Of a DNA stretch of 64,000 nt, positions 18,253-27,418 are shown piece after piece. Numbering within the stretch: the stretch's first letter is position 1; every line of letters begins with the position of its first letter. The notes under the pieces are model-generated. The model searched no databases and was not told where the DNA came from. It worked only from the letters and a program-made list of their open reading frames with translations. The position numbers were made by a program, and so were the translations under genes. Source of the DNA: Patescibacteria group bacterium (GTDB lineage: Bacteria > Patescibacteriota > Minisyncoccia > UBA6257 > 02-FULL-45-10c); the NCBI GenBank assembly GCA_018969615.1, contig JAGWYA010000004.1, positions 9,922 through 73,921 of the forward strand. Direction: 5' to 3'.

Positions 18253-19650
18253 ATGCGTACACTGATCGCCGATATCGTCAAAAAAGAAGGGGAGAAAGTC
18301 GAGCTGATGGGCTGGGTTGCGGTTCGCCGCGATCACGGCAAGCTTATTTTTATCGACCTCCGAGACCGGAGCGCGATGTGCCAGGTCGTGTTCATCGGAA
18401 AGGATAAAGAGCTCTATGAAAAGGCGAGCCAGCTCCGTTCGGAGTGGGTGGTGAAGATCACCGGTCAGGTGAATAAGCGCCCGGAGAAGTTGGTGAATCC
18501 GAATTTGGTGACCGGCGCCTATGAGGTGCTCGCCGAAGGATTGGAGATCCTGAACGAGGCAACGACCCCGCCGTTCGACCTGGGAACTGATGGGATGGAC
18601 GTGAACGAGGAAGTGCGGATGAAGTACCGCTATATCGACCTCCGCCGCGCGCGCCTGCAGAAAAATCTGAGACTTAGAAGCAAGACCTTGGCTGCTGTGG
18701 ATGAGTATTTGAAGCAGAATGATTTCGTAGAAGTCGAAACTCCTATTTTAGGAAAATCTACTCCGGAAGGAGCCAGGGATTATCTCGTTCCGGTCAGGAC
18801 CTATCCGGGGAAATTTTATGCATTGCCGCAGGCTCCTCAGCAATATAAGCAGCTTTTAATGGTTGGCGGTTTAGAGCGCTATTTTCAGGTAGCCCGTTGT
18901 TTTAGAGATGAAGATACGCGCGGGGATAGGCAGCCGGAGTTCACTCAGATCGACCTGGAAATGAGTTTTGTTAAAAAAGAAGACGTGCTGGATATTTTGG
19001 AGGGATTAATGATTGATGTAGTTAAAAAGGTTTATCCGGAAAAGCATATCACCCAAGTGCCGTTCCCACGCTTGTCCCATAAAGAGGCGATGGAGAAATA
19101 TGGAACCGATAAGCCGGACTTAAGAAAGGATAAAAATGATCCTAATGAGCTCGCCTTCTCGTTTATTGTGGATTTCCCATTTTATGAATGGGACGAGAAA
19201 GAAAAGAAATGGGATTTTGCGCATAATCCTTTCAGTATGCCAGGTGACGGTTCATTGCCTGATGATAAGGCGGAACTGGGCGGAGTTAGGGCTAATCAGT
19301 ACGATCTTGCTTTGAACGGATTTGAAATAGTATCAGGCGGCATCAGAAACCATAAGCCGGAATTGCTTAAAAAGGCTTTTAGCTTACTTGACTACGAAGA
19401 CAGTGTGATTATTGATAAATTTGGCCATATGCTCGAGGCGATGTCATACGGAGCTCCTCCGCATGGCGGCGCGGCTTTCGGGTTTGACCGGTTGATGATG
19501 ATCTTGCTAAATGAGCCGAACATCCGCGAGGTTATGGCGTTCCCGAAGACGGGTGACGGACGGGACCTCATGATGGAGGCGCCGAGCGAGGTGAGTAAGG
19601 AGCAATTACGCGAACTGCATTTAGAAATTAAAGAAGAAAAGAAAAAATAA
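18253..19650 (+). CDS. aspS: Aspartate--tRNA ligase (short form, probably non-discriminating)
   Basis: RRDHGKLIFIDLRD, TPEGARDY, PQQYKQ, FRDED, PPHGG, GFDR. Confidence 0.96.
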   Translation: MRTLIADIVKKEGEKVELMGWVAVRRDHGKLIFIDLRDRSAMCQVVFIGKDKELYEKASQLRSEWVVKITGQVNKRPEKLVNPNLVTGAYEVLAEGLEILNEATTPPFDLGTDGMDVNEEVRMKYRYIDLRRARLQKNLRLRSKTLAAVDEYLKQNDFVEVETPILGKSTPEGARDYLVPVRTYPGKFYALPQAPQQYKQLLMVGGLERYFQVARCFRDEDTRGDRQPEFTQIDLEMSFVKKEDVLDILEGLMIDVVKKVYPEKHITQVPFPRLSHKEAMEKYGTDKPDLRKDKNDPNELAFSFIVDFPFYEWDEKEKKWDFAHNPFSMPGDGSLPDDKAELGGVRANQYDLALNGFEIVSGGIRNHKPELLKKAFSLLDYEDSVIIDKFGHMLEAMSYGAPPHGGAAFGFDRLMMILLNEPNIREVMAFPKTGDGRDLMMEAPSEVSKEQLRELHLEIKEEKKK

Positions 19651-19654
19651 TCCT

Positions 19655-20173
19655 ATGAAAAAAACAGAACGAACCTTAGTGCTTTTGAAGCCGGATGCGG
19701 TCCAGCGGAACTTGGCGGGTGAGATCATTAGCCGATTTGAAAAGGCCGGCTTGAAGATCGTGGCTATGAAGCTGGTGCTTCCGACCGCCGATCAGGCGCG
19801 GACCCATTACCAGATCAATCCGAACCTGCCGGAAAAGATCCTTACCCATTTGGTCGCTTTTCTGACCGCCAGCCCGGTGGTTGCGATGGTGCTTGAGGGA
19901 AATAAGGCGATCCCGGTCGTGCGCAAGCTGGTCGGCTCTACCGAGCCGCTGCAGTCCGCTCCGGGTACGATCCGCGGCGACTATACGCTTGATTCGTATG
20001 ACCTTGCCGATGCGGACGGCCGCGCGGTCCGCAACCTTGTCCATGCGTCATCCAGCCTGGAAGATGCCGAAAAGGAAACCACCGTATGGTTTACCAAAGA
20101 TGAGATCGTGGACTACAAGAGCATCCGCGAGCAGATCATCTACGATGTGAATTTGGACCATATTCTTGAGTAA
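19655..20173 (+). CDS. ndk: Nucleoside diphosphate kinase
   Basis: ERTLVLLKPDAVQR, PGTIRGDY, NLVHAS. Confidence 0.97.
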   Translation: MKKTERTLVLLKPDAVQRNLAGEIISRFEKAGLKIVAMKLVLPTADQARTHYQINPNLPEKILTHLVAFLTASPVVAMVLEGNKAIPVVRKLVGSTEPLQSAPGTIRGDYTLDSYDLADADGRAVRNLVHASSSLEDAEKETTVWFTKDEIVDYKSIREQIIYDVNLDHILE

Positions 20174-20177
20174 AGAA

Positions 20178-20210
20178 AAACCCCTCCGACTTGAGTCGGA
20201 GGGGTTTGTT
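20178..20210. terminator. Bidirectional terminator
   Basis: CCCCTCCGAC-TTGA-GTCGGAGGGG flanked by A/T runs. Confidence 0.85.
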
Positions 20211-20211
20211 T

Positions 20212-20670
20212 CTATCGGCTTTCGATCCTCCCTTTCCAGCCTTGCCTCGCGGCGTAGGAAGTCAGGAGCATGCGGAGGTCGCGGATGCCTTGGCCGAGCT
20301 CGGTCTCCATCATGAGGTTCCGGCAGCCGAAGACCTTGGCGAACAGGAAGGGTCGGTATCGCCGATCGCCCATAGGGATCTCATTGACGAAAATGACCGG
20401 CTTGTTCTGTCCGAGGGCGTATCCCATCTCCATGAACAACGGAAAAGGGAGCGGGTTATCTTTTTCAGCATAGCCGAATGTGATACTGGCATGGTCGCAC
20501 CGCATGCGGTCCATAGGCCCGTAGGCTTCGGGGTCGCTTGTTTTATTGTCCCGCGGATCGTTCCACGTGACGATCTTTTCATCAAAGAGATCTTTGCAGG
20601 TTTCTTTGACGAAATCCTGCCAGTTGCTTCTCATGCCACCAGCGAGATAGACATCGATCGGATTGATCAT
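20212..20670 (-). CDS. Nucleoside 2-deoxyribosyltransferase (NDT)-like protein
   Basis: VYLAGGM..WQ, NDPR, MEMGYALGQNKPVIFV (ExGxA..xKP signature); GGAGG SD. Confidence 0.75.
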   Translation of the reverse strand: MINPIDVYLAGGMRSNWQDFVKETCKDLFDEKIVTWNDPRDNKTSDPEAYGPMDRMRCDHASITFGYAEKDNPLPFPLFMEMGYALGQNKPVIFVNEIPMGDRRYRPFLFAKVFGCRNLMMETELGQGIRDLRMLLTSYAARQGWKGRIESR

Positions 20671-20771
20671 AATGCCTCCTGTGAGGATCTGAGAAGAATA
20701 TAAACTAAAATACAGTTATTGTCAAAATAAAAAATACCCCCTCCGGCCGAAGTCGGAGAGGGCATGGTTGA

Positions 20772-21167
20772 TCAGTAGGTGACCGCGAGCTCGGCCCGCA
20801 GATGTTGATTGGAATGACGGTAGTTATCCGAGACGTTGATCTTGTGAGATCCGTCCTTCCAGATGCGCATGGGGTCGTTGTCGCACGCCCCTTTGAAGTT
20901 CCTCAGACAATATTCCCCGACTTTTCCAAGGAATTCAGCGGCCTGAAGACAGAGATCCTTGTTTTCCCTGAGTTTCGCGTACGTGGTCAGATGGACCTTC
21001 GGAACGACGACGATCATTGCCGGTTTCTTAGCGTTGTCCGCGATCAGCGCGATGAAGTGTTTCGAATCCAGGATGGCCGTCATCTTAGGCCGCTCCATCC
21101 CGTAGACCATGGCGCATTGTGCGCAGCCTCTTCGCGGATCCTCCTTCTGCTTCTTTTTCTTTTTCAT
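20772..21167 (-). CDS. HIT-family-like protein with degenerate triad
   Basis: CAQC, HFIAL, VVVPKVH; C-terminal HLRAE instead of HxHxH. Confidence 0.55.
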   Translation of the reverse strand: MKKKKKQKEDPRRGCAQCAMVYGMERPKMTAILDSKHFIALIADNAKKPAMIVVVPKVHLTTYAKLRENKDLCLQAAEFLGKVGEYCLRNFKGACDNDPMRIWKDGSHKINVSDNYRHSNQHLRAELAVTY

Positions 21168-21294
21168 TGTTTCACCTCTGTAGAGTAGCTGCCCATAGCA
21201 TAGCCATAGAGGCGTATTTCTGTCAATTAAAACGGCTTATTTTTATGCACAGCATCCGCGGCAGAGGAGGGGGTAAATATGCTATACTAAAGAT

Positions 21295-21435
21295 GACCAC
21301 TTCGGTGGTCGAGAGATCTCGCTCATTTTCCTAACAAATCGTTAAATTCGGGAGAGCGAATTTCGTAGCGCCGTGGCGCTCCGATGAGCTCACCCACCTG
21401 ATTCATACCAGGGAACGATAGAGCGAGATTTTTTT
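21295..21435 (+). ncRNA. Candidate ~140-nt multi-branched non-coding RNA (unassigned)
   Basis: TGcTATACT promoter, cUUCGg hairpin, nested closing helices, three inner hairpins, terminal T run. Confidence 0.55.
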
Positions 21436-21554
21436 ATCCAAAAAACCTTAGAAACTACCTGTAGTGAGTTTGCCGAACTATTGACTTTTTGTTTCTTTTA
21501 GTGTATTCTATCAACTGTTCTTTGTTGTGCAGAGGTTCCCAAAGGAGCGACTCC

Positions 21555-21872
21555 ATGATGAAACAGCTGGAACGCCGCATTTCGGTCCAAAAGATCGGAG
21601 GAGAGCCGTTGTCGAAGCCGTTCTACATGACCGTGACGCCGCCGACCGGTTCCCAGTGGGTGGGCATCCGCCATGCGCCTTCCGCTGAGAAGATCCTGCA
21701 GGACTACCTGCGGGATACGAACTTGTCCCGGCGGGAGGTCGCCGGCCGTGTGTGTCTGACGCTGCTTCGTCCTCCGAAAGGCAAGGAGTATCTGGACACT
21801 GATCTTACGATCATGCCGAGGTTCTCGTCCAAGGAGGACTTTCTGCGGAAGAACCTCATCAGCGTCTCCTGA
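21555..21872 (+). CDS. Hypothetical protein
   Basis: TTGACT promoter at 21481, AAGGAG SD, terminator at about 21880-21918. Confidence 0.65.
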   Translation: MMKQLERRISVQKIGGEPLSKPFYMTVTPPTGSQWVGIRHAPSAEKILQDYLRDTNLSRREVAGRVCLTLLRPPKGKEYLDTDLTIMPRFSSKEDFLRKNLISVS

Positions 21873-21975
21873 GGCTGTACATGCCCCTTTTCGCGTTCGC
21901 GCGGGAAGGGGCATTTTTCTTGCAAAAGAGAGCCGCTTGGTTTAATTTGGAATCAGTTCATCTTACGGAGGAAAT

Positions 21976-22920
21976 ATGGAACAGACTGGTTCGCAGGCGA
22001 TGATGTACTGTGCGTATCCGACCCGCCTTTGGAAGACTGGCGGCGGCGACCGGATCATCGAGTACGCCCGGCAGAAAGGGTTCGCTCCGGTGAATCCGTT
22101 CAACTGCGGCGACTTTCGCGATTTTGAAGGCGGTCTCGTCGGCCGCGAAGGGACCCTTCAGTGGACGCTGCATCTGCAGCGTGGCTGCTATTGGACGGGA
22201 TACTTCGGTATATCCGAAGGAGTGATGCGCGAGCTGCAGGATCGACTTTGCTGGGACAAGAACCGGCATATCCGGATCTTTTATGAAGACGATGCCGGGA
22301 AGCCGTTCGATCCGCTGTGGCACCAGGAATATGATGTGCTGAAAGCGAAGTACGGCGATCTGCTCGCCGATGTCCGCGGCAAGCATACGCTGTATGCGTT
22401 TGTCGGTCCGCGGGCAGTCGGGAAGACTTACTGGATCGACCGCATCCTTCAGGAACGGCAGGGCATCGGCCGGATCAAGAACACGACGACCCGACCTCCG
22501 CGCAATAATGAGGATCGAGCGTCTTATCGGTTCATCGAGCGCGATGCGTTCATGCTCCTTGCCGCCGCGCATGATTTTCTGGAACACGTCCAATATGAAG
22601 GGCATTTGTACGGCTCTTCTCTTTCGGCGATCAGGACTGCGCTGTGCCATCATGACGGGATTTTTGCAGTGACGCCGGATGGTGCGAAGGCGCTGTACCA
22701 GTGCCGCTATGAGCTGAACGTCCGGTTCGTGCTTTTGAAAACAACCCCGGAAGTACTTCTTAAGAACCTTGAGAAGCGCGGCATCACTGATCCTCAGGAG
22801 CAATTCAGGCTCATTCAGAAAGCTGATGAGTTCACGCTTCCTTCGGAGATGCCGCATGAGACGATCATTTTGAATCGTGACGCATCAGACGCTGAAAAGG
22901 TCTTCGGACTTTTCCGCTGA
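21976..22920 (+). CDS. NDT-fold domain fused to a guanylate kinase-like domain
   Basis: N-terminal YCAYP...GFAPVNPF...ISEGVMREL; C-terminal GPRAVGKT, TTRPPR, YRFI, FLEHVQYEGHLYGS. Confidence 0.8.
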   Translation: MEQTGSQAMMYCAYPTRLWKTGGGDRIIEYARQKGFAPVNPFNCGDFRDFEGGLVGREGTLQWTLHLQRGCYWTGYFGISEGVMRELQDRLCWDKNRHIRIFYEDDAGKPFDPLWHQEYDVLKAKYGDLLADVRGKHTLYAFVGPRAVGKTYWIDRILQERQGIGRIKNTTTRPPRNNEDRASYRFIERDAFMLLAAAHDFLEHVQYEGHLYGSSLSAIRTALCHHDGIFAVTPDGAKALYQCRYELNVRFVLLKTTPEVLLKNLEKRGITDPQEQFRLIQKADEFTLPSEMPHETIILNRDASDAEKVFGLFR

Positions 22921-22998
22921 GATCGTAAGCTCCCCGCATTGGGGAGCTTTTTATTGTCCGATCAGAAAATATGATGTATCCTTACCTTTGAAATAGAA

Positions 22999-23069
22999 CG
23001 GGCTGTAGTATACCGGTAGTACGCGTCCATGGGGTGGATGTAGACCGGGTTCAATTCCCGGCAGCCCGA
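22999..23069 (+). tRNA. tRNA-Pro(GGG)
   Basis: Acceptor stem CGGGCTG/CAGCCCG, anticodon loop ATGGGGT, T arm CCGGGTTCAATTCCCGG. Confidence 0.93.
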
Positions 23070-23323
23070 CAAATTAAAATATGCCCTTTGGGGCATATTT
23101 TAATTTTGATGGTTTAGGAATTGAACCCGGGAAGGGGGTCGGGGAAACGGCCCGCTTCGCCAAAGCTTTAGCGAGGCGAGGAGTTTCTCCGAAGCGGAGG
23201 CAGCTTCGTGGAACGAAGCGTTGGAACCGAATGGTTCCAAAGAGCGCGAGCGTCCTGTCAGTGAGATCCAGCGAGCGCGAGGGTTCTAGGAGCGGAGCGA
23301 CGGATTCCCGGCAGCCCGACAAA
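23054..23323. mobile_element. 250-bp non-coding micro-element bounded by a 20-bp direct repeat of the tRNA-Pro 3' end
   Basis: ATTCCCGGCAGCCCGACAAA at 23054-23073 and 23304-23323; internal hairpins and an inverted T-arm copy. Confidence 0.6.
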
Positions 23324-23417
23324 GAAAGATGATCATCTCACTATCCTTCAACGGCGAAATGCCACAGTTTCAGGATATTGAGATGATCGTGAGAGGGAAA
23401 GCAGTATAAGAAAAAAC

Positions 23418-23437
23418 CCTGCCTACCGGCAGGCAGG
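23418..23437. repeat. REP-like palindrome CCTGCCTACCGGCAGGCAGG
   Basis: 19/20 identical to 161-180. Confidence 0.85.
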
Positions 23438-23442
23438 CGCCT

Positions 23443-23631
23443 TTACTTGGCGGCTTTTTTCAACTTGATGCACTTCACGCAGGCTTTCACGCGCCCCGCT
23501 TTTCCGGGTTCGGAAAACCACTGCAGGTTTGCCTGCTTCTTTGACCAATTCGTCGGATTGTAGTGGCCGCGGAGCAATTTACGGGTTCCGCCCATAAAAT
23601 GTCCCTTGCCGCAAAATGCGCACTGCTTCAT
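23443..23631 (-). CDS. rpmB: 50S ribosomal protein L28
   Basis: MKQCAFCGK...ANLQ...KACVKCIK; small, basic, zinc-binding form. Confidence 0.85.
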   Translation of the reverse strand: MKQCAFCGKGHFMGGTRKLLRGHYNPTNWSKKQANLQWFSEPGKAGRVKACVKCIKLKKAAK

Positions 23632-23722
23632 ATAGAAATAGAGTATATATGAATTGAAATTAAAAAGCAAGGACGCTATGCTAGAGCATAGTACTTGCTG
23701 AGATAGATATCGGAGCGTTCCG

Positions 23723-24061
23723 ATGAAGGCCATTCAATGGTGGGGGAATTCCGGTTACTTGTTTCCGGATCCCGGCACGATCCGTAAGGCGTATTGCGGC
23801 GTGTGCGACACGCGCATGACCGTCAGGCGGAGCGTGCTTGGTCCGACGTGTTTCGCGATGGCGATGGCGGGACATAAGCGGAGGCATGACTCCTTTTATT
23901 GCCCGAATTATGGAAAGGATTGGCATCACCGGATCGATCATCTCAAGATGGAGGTCAACCGCGAGGAACTAAACCACGGGAAAACCGCCAAGCTGAAGCG
24001 GATACGCCGCAATGCCAAGAAAGAGATCTTGAAACTGCTGAAAAAGCATATGGCCCGATGA
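23723..24061 (+). CDS. Hypothetical Cys/His-rich basic protein
   Basis: GGAG SD; CGVC...HDSFYCP; stop inside hairpin GGCCCGAT/ATCGGGCC. Confidence 0.65.
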   Translation: MKAIQWWGNSGYLFPDPGTIRKAYCGVCDTRMTVRRSVLGPTCFAMAMAGHKRRHDSFYCPNYGKDWHHRIDHLKMEVNREELNHGKTAKLKRIRRNAKKEILKLLKKHMAR

Positions 24062-24130
24062 TATCGGGCCGTTTTTATTGCGCCGAAACTGTCCCTGCGC
24101 TCTTTTTTATTGTAAGATTCAATTATTACT

Positions 24131-25867
24131 ATGCCATCCGATACCGCGCATCTCGTCAAAGAAAAATTGGACATCGTCGCGTTCCTGCGCAATTACGTCG
24201 ACTTAAAGCCGGCGGGGAAGAACTTCAAGGCGCAGTGCCCGTTCCATAAGGAGAAGACCGCGTCGTTCATGGTCTCGCCCGAACGGCAGACCTGGCATTG
24301 TTTCGGAACCTGCAATGAGGGAGGGGACATCATCTCGTTCCTGATGAAGTATGAGAACATCGAGTTCTATGATGCGCTGAAGATCCTTGCCGAGAAAGCC
24401 GGCGTTGAACTCCATGCCGCGGGCGACCGCGATTACCAGGCGTCGCAGACGCTGTATCAGCTCATGGCGGCGGCAAAGGAATTCTTTGTTTCCCAGTTGA
24501 AACAGGCGCCGAAGATCAAAGAGTATCTTCATGAGCGCGGCCTGGCCGATGCGACGATCGAAGAATTTGAGATCGGCGTGGCGCCGGATACGTCGGATGC
24601 GCTGATCAAATATCTGGTACAGAAACGATTCACCGTTGCGGACATTGAGCGGGCAGGTTTGGCATTGAAGACCGAGCGGGGAACCTATTGGGATCGCTTC
24701 CGGGCGCGGATCATGTTCCCGATCCATAATCAGATCGGCAAGACCGTTGCGTTCACCGGCCGCGTTCTGCCGTGGAACAACTCGGAGAACGTCGGGAAAT
24801 ATGTGAACAGTCCCGAGACCCCAATCTTCCAAAAATCCAAGGTGCTGTACGGCTTTGATAAAACAAAAGGCGAAATCCGCCAGGTGCATCGCGCCGTGGT
24901 GGTGGAGGGCCAGATGGACCTCATTATGGCGTGGCAGGACGGCATAAAGAACATTGTGGCGACCTCGGGGACGGCGCTGACGAACGATCATCTTGTATTG
25001 CTGAGCCGGCTCGCGGATGAACTGGTGCTGAGCTTTGATGCCGACGCGGCAGGCCAGGCGGCGGCGGAGCGGGCGATCGACCTTGCAAATGCCGCCGACC
25101 TTTCGGTGAAACTGCTTTTGATCGACGATCCGAAACTGAAGGACCCTGCGGATATGGCGCGCGAGCGTCCGGGGCATCTGGCGCAGCTGGTCGCAGCCGC
25201 AAAGCCGGCGATGGAATATTATTTCCATAAATATATGGCGCAGACGTCCGCGGACCGGATGCAGAAAAAGCAACAGATCAGGCTGGTGCTCGGGAAGATC
25301 CGCATGCTTGCGAGTCCGATCGAGCGGAGCGAATGGCTGAAGGAACTTTCGTATATCACGAAGATCAATGAAGAAGTGCTGGTTGAAGAAATGGCGGCGC
25401 TTCCGACGACCGCGCCTGCGCCGGCTCCCCGGACCAAGGAAAGCGCGGCGCCGGTTATTACCGAGTTGAACCGCCGCGAGAAGATCATTCAGCGGCTGAT
25501 CGGGATCCTGCTGTATCTCAAGAGCGACGTGAAGGCGCTGAAGGACTTCGCGCAATATGTTCCGGATAAATATGCGGCGGTGTATCGGAGCTTCACGGTT
25601 CCGGACGCGGAGCGTTCCGAGGAGATCAAGGAGCTGATGGCGGCGATCAGCATGAAGTTCGGATTTGAGAATCAGGGAACGCCGGCTCCTGACCTTGAAA
25701 AAGAGGTCGGCCTGCTGCTCCGTGAACTGAAGCGGGAATATTTGAAGGAGCGCCGCGAGGCGTTGAGCGATCAGATCACGATGTGGGAACGGAGCGGCGA
25801 TCAGGAGAAGCTTGCCGCTGCCATGACGGAATATGCCGCGGTCGCCCGCGAGCTGCAGGGACTCTAA
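24131..25867 (+). CDS. dnaG: DNA primase
   Basis: CPFHKEKTASF zinc finger, KYVNSPET, VEGQMD, FDADAAG, KDP. Confidence 0.98.
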   Translation: MPSDTAHLVKEKLDIVAFLRNYVDLKPAGKNFKAQCPFHKEKTASFMVSPERQTWHCFGTCNEGGDIISFLMKYENIEFYDALKILAEKAGVELHAAGDRDYQASQTLYQLMAAAKEFFVSQLKQAPKIKEYLHERGLADATIEEFEIGVAPDTSDALIKYLVQKRFTVADIERAGLALKTERGTYWDRFRARIMFPIHNQIGKTVAFTGRVLPWNNSENVGKYVNSPETPIFQKSKVLYGFDKTKGEIRQVHRAVVVEGQMDLIMAWQDGIKNIVATSGTALTNDHLVLLSRLADELVLSFDADAAGQAAAERAIDLANAADLSVKLLLIDDPKLKDPADMARERPGHLAQLVAAAKPAMEYYFHKYMAQTSADRMQKKQQIRLVLGKIRMLASPIERSEWLKELSYITKINEEVLVEEMAALPTTAPAPAPRTKESAAPVITELNRREKIIQRLIGILLYLKSDVKALKDFAQYVPDKYAAVYRSFTVPDAERSEEIKELMAAISMKFGFENQGTPAPDLEKEVGLLLRELKREYLKERREALSDQITMWERSGDQEKLAAAMTEYAAVARELQGL

Positions 25868-25953
25868 GACTGTTACTTCCTTGAAGGATCTTTCGTTGTA
25901 TTATTGCACTGTTTGATATAGAATAGGTGCACGAGTGCAGACCATCCTTATCT

Positions 25954-27213
25954 ATGAAATCGAAGCGCGCCACAAAAAAAATGAAGAAGAAGCCGGCAAA
26001 GAAGGCTCCGGCAAAGAAGCATAAAAAGGTTGCGAGCCCGCGCCCGGTGCAAAAGAAAAAGACCGGCGGTTCAACCGCGAAGCATCCGGTAAAAGCGAAA
26101 GCGGCGTTAAAGCCGGTAAAGCTCAGCAAGAAAGAAGAGATCGCCCAGGAAAGCCTTGATGAACTTATCACCCGCGGCCGCGGACGCGGTTTTGTGACGG
26201 ATAACGAGGTATTGCAGGCATTCCCGCAGATCGAGGATAACGTTGTTCTCTTGGAGCAGATCTACCAGAAGCTTGAAGAGGCGAACATTAAAGTCGTTGA
26301 AACGAGCCAGCTCATCGAACTGCCGAAAGACGAGGAAGTGTCCCAGGCGGAGTTGGAACGCGCCGACCGGATCGAAGGCGAACTGCCGGATTCCGTGCAG
26401 ACCTATTTGAAGGAGATCGGAAAGATCAAACTGCTGACCGGACAGGAGGAAAAAGACCTTGCGAAGCGCGTTGAGAAAGGCGACAAGGAGGCGCGCCGGA
26501 AGTTCATTGAAGCCAACCTCCGCTTGGTGGTTTCCATCGCAAAGCGCTACGTGAACCGCAGCCCGCATTTGAGCATCCTCGACCTGATCCAGGAAGGGAA
26601 CATCGGCTTGTCCCGCGCGGTTGCGAAGTTCGATTATCGCCGCGGTTTCAAGTTCTCGACCTACGCGACGTGGTGGATCCGCCAGGCGATCACGCGTGCG
26701 CTGGCCGACCAATCCCGCACGATCCGCATCCCGGTCCACATGGTGGAAACGATCTCGAAATATACCCAGGCGAAGCGCCATCTGGTCCAGGAATTGGGCC
26801 GTGATCCGCTGCCGGAAGAGATCGCGATCGAAATGAACCTCCCGGTTGAGAAAGTGCATCATATTCAGAAGATCTCGCAGGAAGTCGTTTCCTTGGAGGC
26901 TCCGGTCGGCGAAGATGACGAAGGAGAGTCATCACTGGCTGAATTCATCGAAGACCATACCAGTCTGACGCCGGCGCAGGTAGCGTCCCAGACGCTGCTC
27001 CGCGAGCGTATCCGCGATATTCTTGTTGATCTGACGCCTCGCGAGCAGAAGATCCTGCAAATGCGCTTCGGATTGGAGGATGGCATTACGCACACCCTCG
27101 AGGAAGTAGGGAAGGAGTTCGAGGTCACCCGCGAACGCATCCGTCAGATCGAAGCAAAGGCGTTGAGCCGCATCAAATCCCACGGAAAGTCCCATATGCT
27201 GGAGGGATACTAG
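25954..27213 (+). CDS. rpoD: Primary sigma-70 factor
   Basis: [44 protein letters not shown]; Lys-rich N-terminus; follows dnaG. Confidence 0.97.
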   Translation: MKSKRATKKMKKKPAKKAPAKKHKKVASPRPVQKKKTGGSTAKHPVKAKAALKPVKLSKKEEIAQESLDELITRGRGRGFVTDNEVLQAFPQIEDNVVLLEQIYQKLEEANIKVVETSQLIELPKDEEVSQAELERADRIEGELPDSVQTYLKEIGKIKLLTGQEEKDLAKRVEKGDKEARRKFIEANLRLVVSIAKRYVNRSPHLSILDLIQEGNIGLSRAVAKFDYRRGFKFSTYATWWIRQAITRALADQSRTIRIPVHMVETISKYTQAKRHLVQELGRDPLPEEIAIEMNLPVEKVHHIQKISQEVVSLEAPVGEDDEGESSLAEFIEDHTSLTPAQVASQTLLRERIRDILVDLTPREQKILQMRFGLEDGITHTLEEVGKEFEVTRERIRQIEAKALSRIKSHGKSHMLEGY

Positions 27214-27418
27214 GTCTGAAAGCGGGATCGGATCGAAGAGCGTATGATAACGGCAAAAACCGGCTTAAAATGCCGGTTTTTGCATCCCCGGACCCCCCTC
27301 TGGCATTTGGGGGCTATCTGTGGTATAGTAGGCTCGTGAGGTATAGGGGTGAATAAGTTCAAATATGTAATCGGAAAGCTTATCTCGGTAAGCTTTTTTC
27401 ATTGGAAATAGGCAATTT

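Noticed and set aside
21295-21435. Retron msr-msd or hammerhead ribozyme
   Set aside because: No reverse transcriptase nearby; CCGATGAG deviates from CTGATGA and no correctly placed GAAA core is visible.
10777-23323. Prophage or large genomic island at either tRNA
   Set aside because: The duplications are only 103 and 250 bp apart, with no integrase or phage structural genes.
23074-23332. 82-83 aa ORFs downstream of tRNA-Pro
   Set aside because: They span hairpin-rich repeat sequence on both strands with no coding signals.
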